DNA of 64,000 nt from Nitrospiraceae bacterium (GCA_037442105.1 JBBIQV010000001.1:62001-126000); one strand, 5' to 3'; positions 1-10,420 are shown, counted from the first letter of the stretch. Notes: a model not told the origin generated them from the sequence alone. Numbers and translations are program-made.

Positions 1-276
1 CATTTGCTCGAGTGCTACCGCCCCGGCTTTGCGGACGGCCTCATCGTCATCTCGAAGGAGTCCCACCAACGCAACGCCGGCTTGCGGGTCCTTGACGCGG
101 GCCAGCATCCCGGCCGCTTCGATTTTCAGCGCCGCCTGGCCACTCTCCAATGCATGGATAAGCGCGTGGACCGCGCGCGGCCCGCCCGACAAGCAGGCAG
201 CGGTGGCCCGCATTCGCCGCCAATCTTCCTCATGAACAAGTTCGGAGACAAGTGTTTCGATGCTTTCCTTCGGCAT
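1..276 (-). CDS. HEAT-repeat (PBS lyase-like) protein, N-terminal part, runs off the window edge
   Basis: Manual translation MPKESIETLVSELVHEEDWRRMRATAACL...LLRDDDEAVRKAGAVALEQM; AGGT RBS; HEAT pattern like neighbours; absent from ORF track. Confidence 0.8.
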   Translation of the reverse strand, partial: MPKESIETLVSELVHEEDWRRMRATAACLSGGPRAVHALIHALESGQAALKIEAAGMLARVKDPQAGVALVGLLRDDDEAVRKAGAVALEQM

Positions 277-304
277 GGCACCTACGCGCTCTCCGCGCGC
301 GAAC

Positions 305-371
305 TGAAAAATTCACAATGTAAAATAAACAGTTCCCGCCCTTTTGCTTTTTGAATTTTTCATTTTAAATT
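305..371. repeat. AT-rich heptad-repeat inverted-arm element, empty
   Basis: Arms tgaaaaa-ttcacaa-tgtaaaa and ttttgct-ttttgaa-tttttca-ttttaaa; contains stop codon of 365..1447. Confidence 0.65.
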
Positions 372-1447
372 CTCCCCGGTCGCCACCCCACCTGCGCCAG
401 AGTCTCTTTGACGTGATAGCGGACATTCTCGTCGCCTTCCCTCGCCAACAGGGGCAAGAGAACGGGGATGACGGCCGGCCCGAAACTGGTCAAGGCAACC
501 GCGGCATCGGCGCGAGTCACGGTGTCTTGCAATGCCGCGACCAACGTCGGGATGGCTGATTCGTCGCGAATAGTCCCTAACGCCCGCACTGCGGCACTCT
601 TCGTCACCATTTCTTCATCCCATCGATCCCCACAACCGGCAATGGGGCGACTCTCTACCGGGCGACACGCGCCTCTCGCGACTTCCACTAAAACCGGGAC
701 CGCCCTCCGATCCCCGATCCGTCCCAACGCATTGACAGCCAGCGGGCGCAATCCTGGCTCTTTCAGTACGGTAAACAGGAATTCCACCGCCCGCTCATCG
801 CCGATATCCCCCAACGCTCGAACCGCGTCCTCTCGCAACGCCGTATCCCGATCGTTGAATAACACAAAGAGCAATGGCTCAACGGCCTCCGGCGATTTTG
901 TTTTCCCCAGCGCCTCGATCGCGTGCAGGCGGACCAGCCATTCTTCATGCTTCAAGGCTTGGAGCAGCGAGGGAATGGCGGCCGCTCCAATAGCGGCCAG
1001 GGCGCCGGTCGCCTCGGCTCGGACGGCTTTGACCTTATCCTGTAGAAACGGAATCAATGCTTCGACTGCCGTGGCATCCTTGATTCGTCCCAATGCCTTG
1101 GCTGCGTGCATCCGCACAATCCAATCGGCGCTCCCCAGGGCTTTCAAGAGCGGGGCGACGACCCGCGCATCTCCGATGGAGGCCAAAATCGACGAGGCCG
1201 CCTCCTGAACCGAGAGCTGCGGATCGGATAAACACGCGCCTAAGACCTCCACCGACGGCTCGCCGATCGCGGTTAATGCGCCGATAGCCGCTTCACGGAC
1301 AGCCCGGTCCTCGTCTCGCAGCACAGCGACCAGCGGGATGACCGCGCGAGGATCTCTCAGGGTGCCCAACGCCAGGGCGGCGTCCTCACGAACCACCCAG
1401 TCTTCATCTTTCAGAGCGGCGATCTGTTCGGCCACCTGATCCGCCAT
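365..1447 (-). CDS. HEAT-repeat (PBS lyase) protein
   Basis: Repeated LxDxDxxVRxxAAxALGxIGDxRAVxPL units. Confidence 0.9.
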   Translation of the reverse strand: MADQVAEQIAALKDEDWVVREDAALALGTLRDPRAVIPLVAVLRDEDRAVREAAIGALTAIGEPSVEVLGACLSDPQLSVQEAASSILASIGDARVVAPLLKALGSADWIVRMHAAKALGRIKDATAVEALIPFLQDKVKAVRAEATGALAAIGAAAIPSLLQALKHEEWLVRLHAIEALGKTKSPEAVEPLLFVLFNDRDTALREDAVRALGDIGDERAVEFLFTVLKEPGLRPLAVNALGRIGDRRAVPVLVEVARGACRPVESRPIAGCGDRWDEEMVTKSAAVRALGTIRDESAIPTLVAALQDTVTRADAAVALTSFGPAVIPVLLPLLAREGDENVRYHVKETLAQVGWRPGRI

Positions 1448-1638
1448 CGCTCATCCTTCGTCCGAAAGGTATTAAAACTAACACAGGCATTTTCCCAGGG
1501 TCAACGGACGCCGGGGTTCGAATCCTTTTCGCACATATCCGCTCTTAGTCCCGTGAAACGGATAGACCCTAGCCCAAGTAGTCAAGAAGCGCGAGCAGGA
1601 AAAGGGCGCTCGCATCGGTCCCGTCTCGGTGACCCTGA

Positions 1639-1690
1639 TTGACACTCACCGAACCACTCTTTACCATGCAGAATATTCAGCAATGCATTG
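1639..1690 (+). promoter_or_regulatory. sigma70-type promoter with overlapping palindromes
   Basis: TTGACA(1639)-17 bp-TACCAT(1662); near-palindrome TGCAGAATATTCAGCA (1667-1682) and CAATGCATTG (1681-1690). Confidence 0.65.
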
Positions 1691-1768
1691 TGCGAATACC
1701 TATTCTTTCTTTACCGGGCCGTACCCAGGTGAAGCGCACTATTCCACTCCATTCAGAAGGAGGCTGCA

Positions 1769-3019
1769 ATGAACAGACTCAGACAGACATACGTCCGGAC
1801 ATGGCAATCGGCCGGGGCCTTGATGCTGGCCTTCCTGGCGGGTGTCCCGTCTCCCGCGTCCGCCTATGAAGTGTGGCTGACGGATCAGTCGGATACAGCG
1901 AAAGAGAGCGGCGGCTACTTGTACATCTATGATGGCGCCCAGCTTGCCGCCAATCCCTCCACCGCGAAGCCGACGGTCACGATCGATCTGGCCGGCGACA
2001 TCGGGAAGTTCTGCGAGGACGCCACGAAAAAAGCCGTGCGGCGCCCGCACATGCTGTTCTTCACGAAGGACCAGTCCCACGTCATCCTCTCCTTCCTGAG
2101 CGGACAGGTCCTCTTCATGGACGCAGCCACCAGGAAACCGGAGGCCTGCCTCTCCATGGGGAAGAACGTCCATGCGGCCTGGCCGACGCCGGACCAGAAA
2201 ATGGCGATCGCGGCCAACATCGCCGAAAAGAAATTCATCAGAATCTGGACAGACTATGCAGCGCATAAGTTCAGCTTCGATTCCGAGAAGGACGTGATGA
2301 GTCTCGCCGCCTTCGAAGGAGGAGAACGACCGGACACCGCCCCGATCTGCCCGATCACGGACGCCTCCAGCACGTACGCGTTCATCACCCTGCGCGGGGG
2401 CGGTCTGTTGGTGATCGACGTCACCACGACCCCGATGAAAACAGTCGCCAGCCTGGATAACGTGCAGATCCATCCAGCCGGTTGCGGTGGGATTCAGGTC
2501 GGGGACACCCTGTATATCAATTCCGGCGGCGGCTGGCCGGTTGCACCACTTTCCTATGACATCTACGCGCTCGACATCTCGAACCTGCCCAACAAGATCT
2601 CGGCCAGGCTCATCTCCCAACGGGATGAAAAGTTCGCCGACTCGCACGGTATGGCTGCCGTCGGACGGTACTTATGGAGCGCGGACCGCGCGGGAAACAA
2701 CGTCGAAGTGATTGACACGCTCTCAAACCTGAGCGTCAACTCCATCAACCTCGTCGGGTCGCATAGCGATGACCCTGCACCGGACCTCATGGATGTGTCG
2801 CCGGATGGAAACTATGTCTTTGTTGGATTGCGTGGACCGAACCCGCTCACGGGCAACGATAAGAATGTGAATAATGCGAAAGGTTCTACTCCCGGTGTCG
2901 GAGTGATCAAGGTGACGAACGGAGGGAAAAGCGGTGAGTTTGCCGGGAATGCCCGCATCACCAACATGAAGGACGGGAAGGAGACCGCCGACACCCACGG
3001 GATCGCGGTTCGAAAATAA
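1769..3019 (+). CDS. Exported YncE-like beta-propeller protein
   Basis: AGGAGG RBS, signal peptide ending ASA, propeller-blade motifs (SPDGNYVFV, VEVIDT). Confidence 0.75.
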   Translation: MNRLRQTYVRTWQSAGALMLAFLAGVPSPASAYEVWLTDQSDTAKESGGYLYIYDGAQLAANPSTAKPTVTIDLAGDIGKFCEDATKKAVRRPHMLFFTKDQSHVILSFLSGQVLFMDAATRKPEACLSMGKNVHAAWPTPDQKMAIAANIAEKKFIRIWTDYAAHKFSFDSEKDVMSLAAFEGGERPDTAPICPITDASSTYAFITLRGGGLLVIDVTTTPMKTVASLDNVQIHPAGCGGIQVGDTLYINSGGGWPVAPLSYDIYALDISNLPNKISARLISQRDEKFADSHGMAAVGRYLWSADRAGNNVEVIDTLSNLSVNSINLVGSHSDDPAPDLMDVSPDGNYVFVGLRGPNPLTGNDKNVNNAKGSTPGVGVIKVTNGGKSGEFAGNARITNMKDGKETADTHGIAVRK

Positions 3020-3061
3020 ACATTGCGGCAGGCTCAGGTTGTGAAGCTAACCCTATGCCCG

Positions 3062-4429
3062 TCACTTGGCCCCTTTGGCGATGTCGCCGGAGGGGCCGAA
3101 CCTCCCGATGTTGCCGAGCGGTTGATCCACCCGCAGATTGTCGGCCTGACTGGAATCCGTCATCGCCTCTTCCGGCGGCAGTGTCCATCCCAGCTTCTCC
3201 AACGTTTCGAGGACCAGTTGCCGCAGCGCATCCTTCGCGCTGAGTCGCGCGGAGGCAAACGACAGCACGCGCTCCCCCTCAGATTCCACTTCGGATGCCT
3301 TCGGATCGTGGAGAAACGACACCAATGGCTCGATCGCCGTATCGCCGATCAGCACCAGAGCGGCGGCCGCCTTTTCGCGCAACACGCCGTCTTTGAGCAA
3401 CATGATTAAATCGGGAATCACGCGCGGATCGCGGAAGTGACCGAGCGCGATCGCGGCAGCTTCCTTAATGAATGCGTCCTCGCTGACGATGCAGCCGGGC
3501 GTCGGAGTCCCTTCCTGACGAATCCCTTTTCCCTTGAGTGCGTCTAAGACCGGCGGGAGCGCGCGCGGGTCGCCGATCATGCCGAGCGACGCGATCGCAT
3601 GGCGCTTCACCGCACCGTCCTTCATGGCCTCGATCAAGGGATCGATCGCCCGGGGGTCGCCGATCATCCCCAGCGCAATGGTCGCATCCTCCCGTACCGC
3701 GCGGTCCGGATCCTTCAGAGCTGCGACGAGCGCTTCCACGACCCGCGATTCTCTGACCCACGGCCGCCCGATCTGATAGTCTGTGGTCATCCCGCCCAAC
3801 GCGCGGGCCGCGTGGCAACGGACGACAAAGTCTTTATCTTTCAAAGACTCGATCAGCGGATCCACCGACGGAAGCCCGATCGTCACCAGTGCGGTTCCGG
3901 CAGTCTCCCGAACGATCTTCGAGGAATCGCGGAACAGTTTGATGAGCGCGGGAACCGCCTTCGCGTCTCCGATCTTCCCCAGCGACTCAGCCGCCGCACT
4001 CTTGACCGCACCGTCGCGATCCCGGCAGACGAAGAGCAATGGGTCCACCGCGCGCCTGTCCTTGATTTCGCCGCAGGCCTTCGCCGCATGTTCCCGAACC
4101 CGCCACCGCTCGTCCTTCAGCGCCGCAATGAGCCGGTCCACCACAGCCGGGCCCAACTGCACCGTCGCTGCTACCGCTTCATTGCGGACTTCCATGATCG
4201 AATCATTGAAGAGATTCACCAGCGACTCGACGGCCTTCGGCCCGCCGATTTTTGCCACGCCCCATCCGGCGTGCACGCGCACGGCCCAGAAATCATCACC
4301 GCAAGCCTGGATCAAAGCATCGAGCGTCTGGGGGTCCGCCAGCGCCGCCAAACTCTTGGCCGCTTCCTCGCGCGTCGCATCATCGACATCTTCCAATGCT
4401 TCGAGCAAATCATCCACTGCCGGTGTCAT
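3062..4429 (-). CDS. HEAT-repeat (PBS lyase) protein
   Basis: Many HEAT repeats; ATG at 4429 with GAGGT RBS. Confidence 0.9.
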   Translation of the reverse strand: MTPAVDDLLEALEDVDDATREEAAKSLAALADPQTLDALIQACGDDFWAVRVHAGWGVAKIGGPKAVESLVNLFNDSIMEVRNEAVAATVQLGPAVVDRLIAALKDERWRVREHAAKACGEIKDRRAVDPLLFVCRDRDGAVKSAAAESLGKIGDAKAVPALIKLFRDSSKIVRETAGTALVTIGLPSVDPLIESLKDKDFVVRCHAARALGGMTTDYQIGRPWVRESRVVEALVAALKDPDRAVREDATIALGMIGDPRAIDPLIEAMKDGAVKRHAIASLGMIGDPRALPPVLDALKGKGIRQEGTPTPGCIVSEDAFIKEAAAIALGHFRDPRVIPDLIMLLKDGVLREKAAAALVLIGDTAIEPLVSFLHDPKASEVESEGERVLSFASARLSAKDALRQLVLETLEKLGWTLPPEEAMTDSSQADNLRVDQPLGNIGRFGPSGDIAKGAK

Positions 4430-4461
4430 AACGAACCTCAACGGTTTTCAACATCCTGCCG

Positions 4462-4911
4462 CTAATAGTCGCGGGTCCCGCTAAACGGCACGGTCTTGGT
4501 GCACCGGACCGTCAGCATCTGCGTGCCGCGCCCCTCGACGCACTGATCGAGAGACTGGGCAAACTCCAGCGTGCCTTGCAGCGTCACGCTGAAGGGAAAA
4601 TCAAAGGTAAAGGTGCCGAAGCGATACTTCCCCGGCTTCAATTTCAGCTCCTTGCGCTCCGTGGTGCGGAACGCGTCGGAGCTATCGGGATCGAGCGTCA
4701 TGATCATGGGTGTCACGCCGGGAACCTGCCACCAAGTCGGAGGATTCAACGCCGTCGCGTCGATCGTGATGGGATACTCTTTCGTCAGCGCCGCCGGGGG
4801 CGCGGCGGTCACCAGGGACGCGCGACCAGCCACCAGTACCGCAAGCAGAAGGAGCGATACACACCCGACTCGCCGCGCCGACTCACGCCACATGCCATTC
4901 CCGTTGCGCAT
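4462..4911 (-). CDS. Exported hypothetical protein
   Basis: Signal-peptide-like N-terminus, tight operon spacing. Confidence 0.65.
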   Translation of the reverse strand: MRNGNGMWRESARRVGCVSLLLLAVLVAGRASLVTAAPPAALTKEYPITIDATALNPPTWWQVPGVTPMIMTLDPDSSDAFRTTERKELKLKPGKYRFGTFTFDFPFSVTLQGTLEFAQSLDQCVEGRGTQMLTVRCTKTVPFSGTRDY

Positions 4912-4917
4912 GAACGA

Positions 4918-5979
4918 TCACCGCTTGCCCTCAGAAGCAGCGGGAGACGCGGATGCCGTGCGGAATATCTCCTCTACAGCGTGACTCTCCCATTCGGTGT
5001 GCGTCTGTAATCCTAACGTGCGCAGGACCGTCGCGCCGGTATCGATGATCGACACCGGCTGGCGGATCACATGCCCGGCCTTGATTCCCACTCCGGACGC
5101 GATCCACGGAACCTGCGGTAACGGGCCTCCAACCGCTGCCTCGACCGTGCTGGCCTTCGACTCTCCCATCCCGCTGAGCGAGGTGACGAAGACGGTCGTT
5201 CGATCGAGCAAGCCGAGTTCGCGATAAAGGTCGAGCACCGCGCCCATCGCCTTGTCGACCGTACGGAGCGACTCGCGGTACCGGGGGGACGTCCATCCCT
5301 GTTCTCCCCCCGCTCGCCCGGCTTCAGGAAGATGCACCACCAAAAAATGAGGGAGTGCCAAAATTGCGTGACCGTACCCGTGACCGCTGGTCGCTTTTTG
5401 GAAATACTGCCGGATGTAGGCCACCACCCGGTCCGTACTGCATTCCGGTTTGAGCGGTCCGCACATCTGATAGTCCGTGTAGGGCTCCGGCTTGGCAAGT
5501 TGATACAATGATTCGTCCATGAAGAAGATCGTACTGTCCCGGCCGCCGCTGAGGTCGAGATAGTCGAACACCGTCGGCGGGCGAGGATACCCACGGTTGA
5601 ATTCAAACGAGTTCCAGGTGACACCGTGCTTTTCGACAGGCATGCCGGTTAACAAGGACGCCATCGTCGGTAGCCGCAGCGCCGGCTGCACGGCCGTTGC
5701 CGACCAAGTCACTGCTCCCTCTTTCACCAGCCGGCCCAACACCGGCATCGTGCCGCCCTTGAGGGACTGCTGCCCGAACCCCTCGAGCACGAACAGAATG
5801 ACATGTTCGGTCGTGCCTGAAGCAGTCGAGGCGACCGCGTCCGTGGATGAACCGGCAGCCTGTTTAGCACCGGAGGCGGCCGGGATGGATACCAACGCCA
5901 AGGCCGTCAGGAGAAACCCACTGACGATGATCCGGCGCGAGAATGTTTGCGTTGGACGAGAAGAGGACGACACCGACAT
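4918..5979 (-). CDS. Alkaline phosphatase/nucleotide pyrophosphatase superfamily protein (degenerate site)
   Basis: HVILFVLEG, SLLTGMPVEKHG, VPWIASGVGI, IIDTGATV motifs; signal peptide. Confidence 0.75.
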   Translation of the reverse strand: MSVSSSSRPTQTFSRRIIVSGFLLTALALVSIPAASGAKQAAGSSTDAVASTASGTTEHVILFVLEGFGQQSLKGGTMPVLGRLVKEGAVTWSATAVQPALRLPTMASLLTGMPVEKHGVTWNSFEFNRGYPRPPTVFDYLDLSGGRDSTIFFMDESLYQLAKPEPYTDYQMCGPLKPECSTDRVVAYIRQYFQKATSGHGYGHAILALPHFLVVHLPEAGRAGGEQGWTSPRYRESLRTVDKAMGAVLDLYRELGLLDRTTVFVTSLSGMGESKASTVEAAVGGPLPQVPWIASGVGIKAGHVIRQPVSIIDTGATVLRTLGLQTHTEWESHAVEEIFRTASASPAASEGKR

Positions 5980-6175
5980 TGCCTTTCGTTCATGCGTTCA
6001 TAAAAAGGATTTGTACCTTAACACGCCAATTTTCTTGAAGGCAAGGGAGCCAAGGCTTCGCGCTCTAGCGTAAGCTGAAGAACGGTGTTATGCTTTTGCC
6101 GATTGCTCCGATCGGCAGGATACTGCCGACGAACCGGCCGCTGGTGCGTTTTCTCAAGGAAATGTGGTGAGGGCC

Positions 6176-7369
6176 ATGCCTGAAGTTGCATCCCGCGGGT
6201 TCAGCCGGCCACGGCCGCAACTTGTCCCTCCCCTTCACTCCTCTCCCGTTCTTCTTGCGACTCTTGCGTTCGGTTCCCTGATCACCACTTTGCTCCCCCA
6301 CGAGGTCGAAGCCGAGGTCCGGATCGTCACGGCTCAAGGCGAGCATCGCATGGGTGACCGGGATACGAAGGAGGATGCTATCCGGCTGGCCACGGAGGCA
6401 GCCAAACGGAACGCTCTTGAACAGGTCGCCACCTACCTGGAGAGCGTGACGGTCGTGACAGACCTCGATGTGACGAAAGACGAAATTCATACCTACACCG
6501 CCGGCGTGGTGCTCGTGTTAGACCAACAAGTGAGCACCGCACTGGATGGGGACGCGATTGTGATCCGAGCCGACTTGACCGCGCAAATCGACACCGACGA
6601 AGTAATCCAAGCCATCGGCGCACTGCGCGAGAACCAAGATGCCCGCCAGGAATTAGTGGCGCTCAAGCAGGAGGTTGACCAGCTCCATCAGGAGCTGGAC
6701 GCTGCCAATCAAGCTCTGGTCCATGCCACAACCACGGAACAGATCGAAGCGGCGACCCAGCAACGGCAGGATATCTTGAACAGAGTCCAGTCGAATCAGA
6801 TGGTGTCTCAAGCCTGGACCGACTGGGTGTTGGTCGTCCCCGCGATCAGTCCCTATCCATGGGTCGGTTTGGCACAAGTGCAGGCACTGCTCAATATGGC
6901 CGGCCGACTGAACCCGAAGAATCCCCATGTCCATGCCGTCCAACATGCCATTGCCGCTCGCCCGGTCCCCGCGCCGCCGCTACCGCCGGCACCTTCTGCG
7001 CCGAACGGTTCGCCGGCGAAGATGCCGACTTATCAGATCGTCCCGCAACAGCCCGTGACAGCAGGACCAACGCCCCCGACCCTCAACGAAATTCATCAAT
7101 TGCCGCCGCCCCGGAACTCCTCCACGAGACCCGTTCCTCTTCCCTCAACCATCCAGCCGATGACGGCGCCGACGGCGGACGGGGCTCGCACACATGCACA
7201 GGCGGCGCCCCCATTTGCAGGGAAACGGCTACCGCCGACCATCAATCAGATCCACCCGCCCATTCCACATCAAGTGCCGCGCGTCCCATATCAGCCTCAG
7301 CCTCGAGTGAAGGGAGGCGGTGGGCATGGCGGCGGACACGGAGGCGGAGGCAAGGGAGGCAAACGGTGA
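6176..7369 (+). CDS. Exported protein: FlgT-N/LPP20-like domain, coiled coil, Pro-rich tail
   Basis: VTAQGE...AKRNALEQV motif; low-complexity C-terminus. Confidence 0.65.
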   Translation: MPEVASRGFSRPRPQLVPPLHSSPVLLATLAFGSLITTLLPHEVEAEVRIVTAQGEHRMGDRDTKEDAIRLATEAAKRNALEQVATYLESVTVVTDLDVTKDEIHTYTAGVVLVLDQQVSTALDGDAIVIRADLTAQIDTDEVIQAIGALRENQDARQELVALKQEVDQLHQELDAANQALVHATTTEQIEAATQQRQDILNRVQSNQMVSQAWTDWVLVVPAISPYPWVGLAQVQALLNMAGRLNPKNPHVHAVQHAIAARPVPAPPLPPAPSAPNGSPAKMPTYQIVPQQPVTAGPTPPTLNEIHQLPPPRNSSTRPVPLPSTIQPMTAPTADGARTHAQAAPPFAGKRLPPTINQIHPPIPHQVPRVPYQPQPRVKGGGGHGGGHGGGGKGGKR

Positions 7370-7935
7370 GAAGCCGATGGACTGTTGTGGCGTTGTGTGT
7401 GAGCCTGGCTGGAGAATCGGAGCTTTTCCCTATGATAACAGAAGCAGCCGATTCAACAGTGACCCCGCCCGTCCGCCAACATGCGGAGCGGTCGTTTCAA
7501 CAACTCCACCAACACGAACGATCGGGGGGAGCACCAACCCTACAGGCCGGGCAAGACGAGGCAAACAGCGGGGCGTATTCCTCAGACCAGTACTTGATCG
7601 GCAAAGGCCAAGGCGATCTGGCCAAGGGGAAGATCGTCTGCCAGCGCGTCTCCGAATTGGCCGCGCGGACCGATCTTGCGAAGCAGATTCGTGTTCTGGT
7701 CAAGGAACACGCGATTGATCGCGTGCGCGAGCGAAGCGGTCGCGAGGCCGAGCAGGATATCGAAGTGATCCGGGAAGAAATCGTCCAAGAGTATCTCCAG
7801 GGTGTGAAGATCGTCGATCGCCGGATCGACGAGGCCGGCGGCACTTGTTCCAGCACCGCCGTCATGCCGAAGACGCAGATTGCCCCCAAGCCGGCCCCCG
7901 ACGCTCCAGAACCCACCCCAACGGTGATCCGCTAA
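7366..7935 (+). CDS. LPP20-like exported protein
   Basis: GTG overlapping previous TGA, GGAGG RBS; YLIGKG...AARTDLAKQIRV...LQGVKIVD. Confidence 0.6.
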   Translation: MRSRWTVVALCVSLAGESELFPMITEAADSTVTPPVRQHAERSFQQLHQHERSGGAPTLQAGQDEANSGAYSSDQYLIGKGQGDLAKGKIVCQRVSELAARTDLAKQIRVLVKEHAIDRVRERSGREAEQDIEVIREEIVQEYLQGVKIVDRRIDEAGGTCSSTAVMPKTQIAPKPAPDAPEPTPTVIR

Positions 7936-8002
7936 GCCACGCCGCTTCCCATTTCCAACTCCATTGCGCTTCATGCTTTCTTTCAGGTAAGTAAGTCGCG
8001 TC

Positions 8003-9274
8003 ATGCCGATCGAGAACAACTTTCAGCACGATGAGATGTCGCGGAAGAATCCGGGCGAGCGGCTCGCGGTGCGCGAGTGTTCGTCCGGGCCACCGCCGGA
8101 CTCGCCCGCATGGCAAGAGGCCATGGCTTCACTCGGCACCCAACTGTCTCAAGCCGGTGTGCGGGTGGTGATGTTCCTGCATGGCACCTTTCTCGGCACC
8201 GATCTCTTCGGCATGCAGCGGCTCGACGAGGCGGGCGGGTTAAAACGGGGCTATTCCCGGGGCATTTCCGGGCTCGATGCGCTGCTGGCGCTCATGCGGG
8301 AAGGCACCAACGGGATTCTTCCCTTACCCGGTGGCCTCACCCCTCCGTTGAAGAATGACGATGCAACGAAAAGACTGCTCGACGATCAAGTCGGCGACGC
8401 AGGCAACTTTACAACCGCTTACGTCGAGCTGTTCCGCAAGGCCGTGAATCAAAAAGTGTCGCGGCTGATTGCTTGTCGGAGGGAGCTATGGTCTTGCGAG
8501 AACCATCATCTCGGACGAGCCATCGCAGCTTGCGTGACGCTCGACCGCTTAAGGGACTTGTGCGCGGAGCACAAGTTCGGTACAGGTGATCGCATTCTCG
8601 TGCAGGCCCACGGCCATGCCGGACAGGTGCTCGCCCTCGCGTCGAATCTGCTGTTTCCCGGCCCCTCCGCAAGCCGCAAGACACTATTCGAGATTCTGAC
8701 CGCCTACGCACAACAAACTCACAACACCGAGATTCCTGCGGTCGTGCAACGCATCGACCCCCTGCTTCCGACCGGCACTTTGCTCAACGGTGCCGCGCTC
8801 GATGTCGTCACGTTCGGCACGCCGGTTCGTTATGGGTGGAACCCGACGGGAATGGGCAAGCTCTTGCACATGGTGAATCACCGCACGTTGCGGACGGATG
8901 GGAAGAATTGGCTGGCGAAGATCGAGTTGCCTCAAATCACGATGGAGATGCCCGTCGCCTGGGGCGGGGACTATGTGCAGCAATTGGCCGTGGCAGGGAG
9001 CGACGCGGTTCCAAGCACCGAGCAAGCGAAGGCGGCCAACAAAGCCCTTTGGGAATTGGTCGAACCATTCGATGGATTTGAACGGTGGCTGGAATGCGCC
9101 CGTCGGGCTGTTCGTTTCCCGGCCGACGGTCTGTGCGTATCGGTGGACTACAAAGACTGCACCGGCTCCACAAACCCCCGCGACCACATCTACGGCCACG
9201 CGGTCTATACGCGGACGAACGCGATGCTGTTCAATGCTGGTGCGATCGTCGAGTCGCTCTACTCCGCGCTTTGA
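8003..9274 (+). CDS. Hypothetical protein, alpha/beta-hydrolase-like
   Basis: FLHGT, AHGHAG, VTFGTP motifs. Confidence 0.6.
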   Translation: MPIENNFQHDEMSRKNPGERLAVRECSSGPPPDSPAWQEAMASLGTQLSQAGVRVVMFLHGTFLGTDLFGMQRLDEAGGLKRGYSRGISGLDALLALMREGTNGILPLPGGLTPPLKNDDATKRLLDDQVGDAGNFTTAYVELFRKAVNQKVSRLIACRRELWSCENHHLGRAIAACVTLDRLRDLCAEHKFGTGDRILVQAHGHAGQVLALASNLLFPGPSASRKTLFEILTAYAQQTHNTEIPAVVQRIDPLLPTGTLLNGAALDVVTFGTPVRYGWNPTGMGKLLHMVNHRTLRTDGKNWLAKIELPQITMEMPVAWGGDYVQQLAVAGSDAVPSTEQAKAANKALWELVEPFDGFERWLECARRAVRFPADGLCVSVDYKDCTGSTNPRDHIYGHAVYTRTNAMLFNAGAIVESLYSAL

Positions 9275-9366
9275 GACCCTCACCTATCGCTATTCATGAC
9301 GGTTCGGCTCGAAATCGGATGGAAGCCAGGCGAGGGGGTTCTGGGCACGAGGCGAGAGGAAAGACA

Positions 9367-10398
9367 CTACACCTTATAGTAATCTCGATACCACTGCACA
9401 AACCGGGGAATGCCGACCTCGATGGGTGTGGAGGGCTTGAACCCGACGTCGCGCGAGAGGTCGTCGATGTCGGCGTAGGTGGCGGGGACATCGCCGGGCT
9501 GCAGCGGCATCAGCTTTTTCTCCGCCTTCTTGCCCAGCGCCCGTTCGAGTACGTCGATAAAGCGGAACAGCTCGACCGGCTGATGGTTCCCGATGTTGTA
9601 AATCCGGGCCGGAGCTGAACTGGTTCCCGGGTCCGGCTTGTCTCCTGACCAGCGGGGATTGGGCTGTGCGGTGTGGTCCAGCGTGCGCACGACCCCTTCG
9701 ACGATATCGTCGACATACGTAAAGTCGCGCTGCATCTTTCCCTGGTTGAACACCTCGATCGGTCGCCCCTCCAAGATCGCTTTCGTGAAAATGAAGAGCG
9801 CCATGTCGGGCCTCCCCCAAGGCCCATAGACGGTGAAGAAGCGAAGCCCGGTGCACGGAAGACGGTAGAGATGCGCGTAGCAATGGGCCATCAGCTCGTT
9901 GGCCTTTTTGCTCGCCGCGTAGAGCGATACAGGATGGTCCACGTTGTCGTGGATTGAGAACGGCATGTGCGTGTTGCCGCCATAAACGGAACTGGATGAG
10001 GCGTACACGAGATGCTCTATCTTGGCGTGGCGACAGCCTTCCAGGATATTCATGAACCCTTCGATGTTGCTATCGGTATACGCGTGAGGATTGACCAACG
10101 AATAGCGAACCCCCGCCTGGGCCGCGAGGTGCACGACCCGCCGGATAGGCTGGTCCGCAAAGAGCGCCCGCATTCCCTCGCGATCAGCGAGATTCAGCTT
10201 GACGAACCGGAACCGCTCGAACGGACGGAGCTGCGCGAGCCTCGCTTCTTTGAGGCGGACGTCATAGTAATCATTGAGATTGTCCAGCCCCAGAACCTGA
10301 TCGCCTCGCTCAAGCAACCGCTTGGCGACGTGGAAGCCGATAAAGCCGGCTGCCCCCGTGACCAGAATCGTCGACGTGGTCTTGGAATGATGGCTCAT
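9367..10398 (-). CDS. NAD-dependent epimerase (UDP-glucuronate 4-epimerase type)
   Basis: [42 protein letters not shown]. Confidence 0.93.
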   Translation of the reverse strand: MSHHSKTTSTILVTGAAGFIGFHVAKRLLERGDQVLGLDNLNDYYDVRLKEARLAQLRPFERFRFVKLNLADREGMRALFADQPIRRVVHLAAQAGVRYSLVNPHAYTDSNIEGFMNILEGCRHAKIEHLVYASSSSVYGGNTHMPFSIHDNVDHPVSLYAASKKANELMAHCYAHLYRLPCTGLRFFTVYGPWGRPDMALFIFTKAILEGRPIEVFNQGKMQRDFTYVDDIVEGVVRTLDHTAQPNPRWSGDKPDPGTSSAPARIYNIGNHQPVELFRFIDVLERALGKKAEKKLMPLQPGDVPATYADIDDLSRDVGFKPSTPIEVGIPRFVQWYRDYYKV

Positions 10399-10420
10399 GC
10401 ATCGTCCTCTGACGAAATGC

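Noticed and set aside
1511..1530. tRNA, from a GGTTCGAATCC T-loop motif
   Set aside because: No acceptor, D or anticodon arms can be formed around it.
6859..7365. Long N-terminal extension of ORF 6859..7935
   Set aside because: Overlaps the preceding gene; a GTG with RBS at 7366 is the better start.
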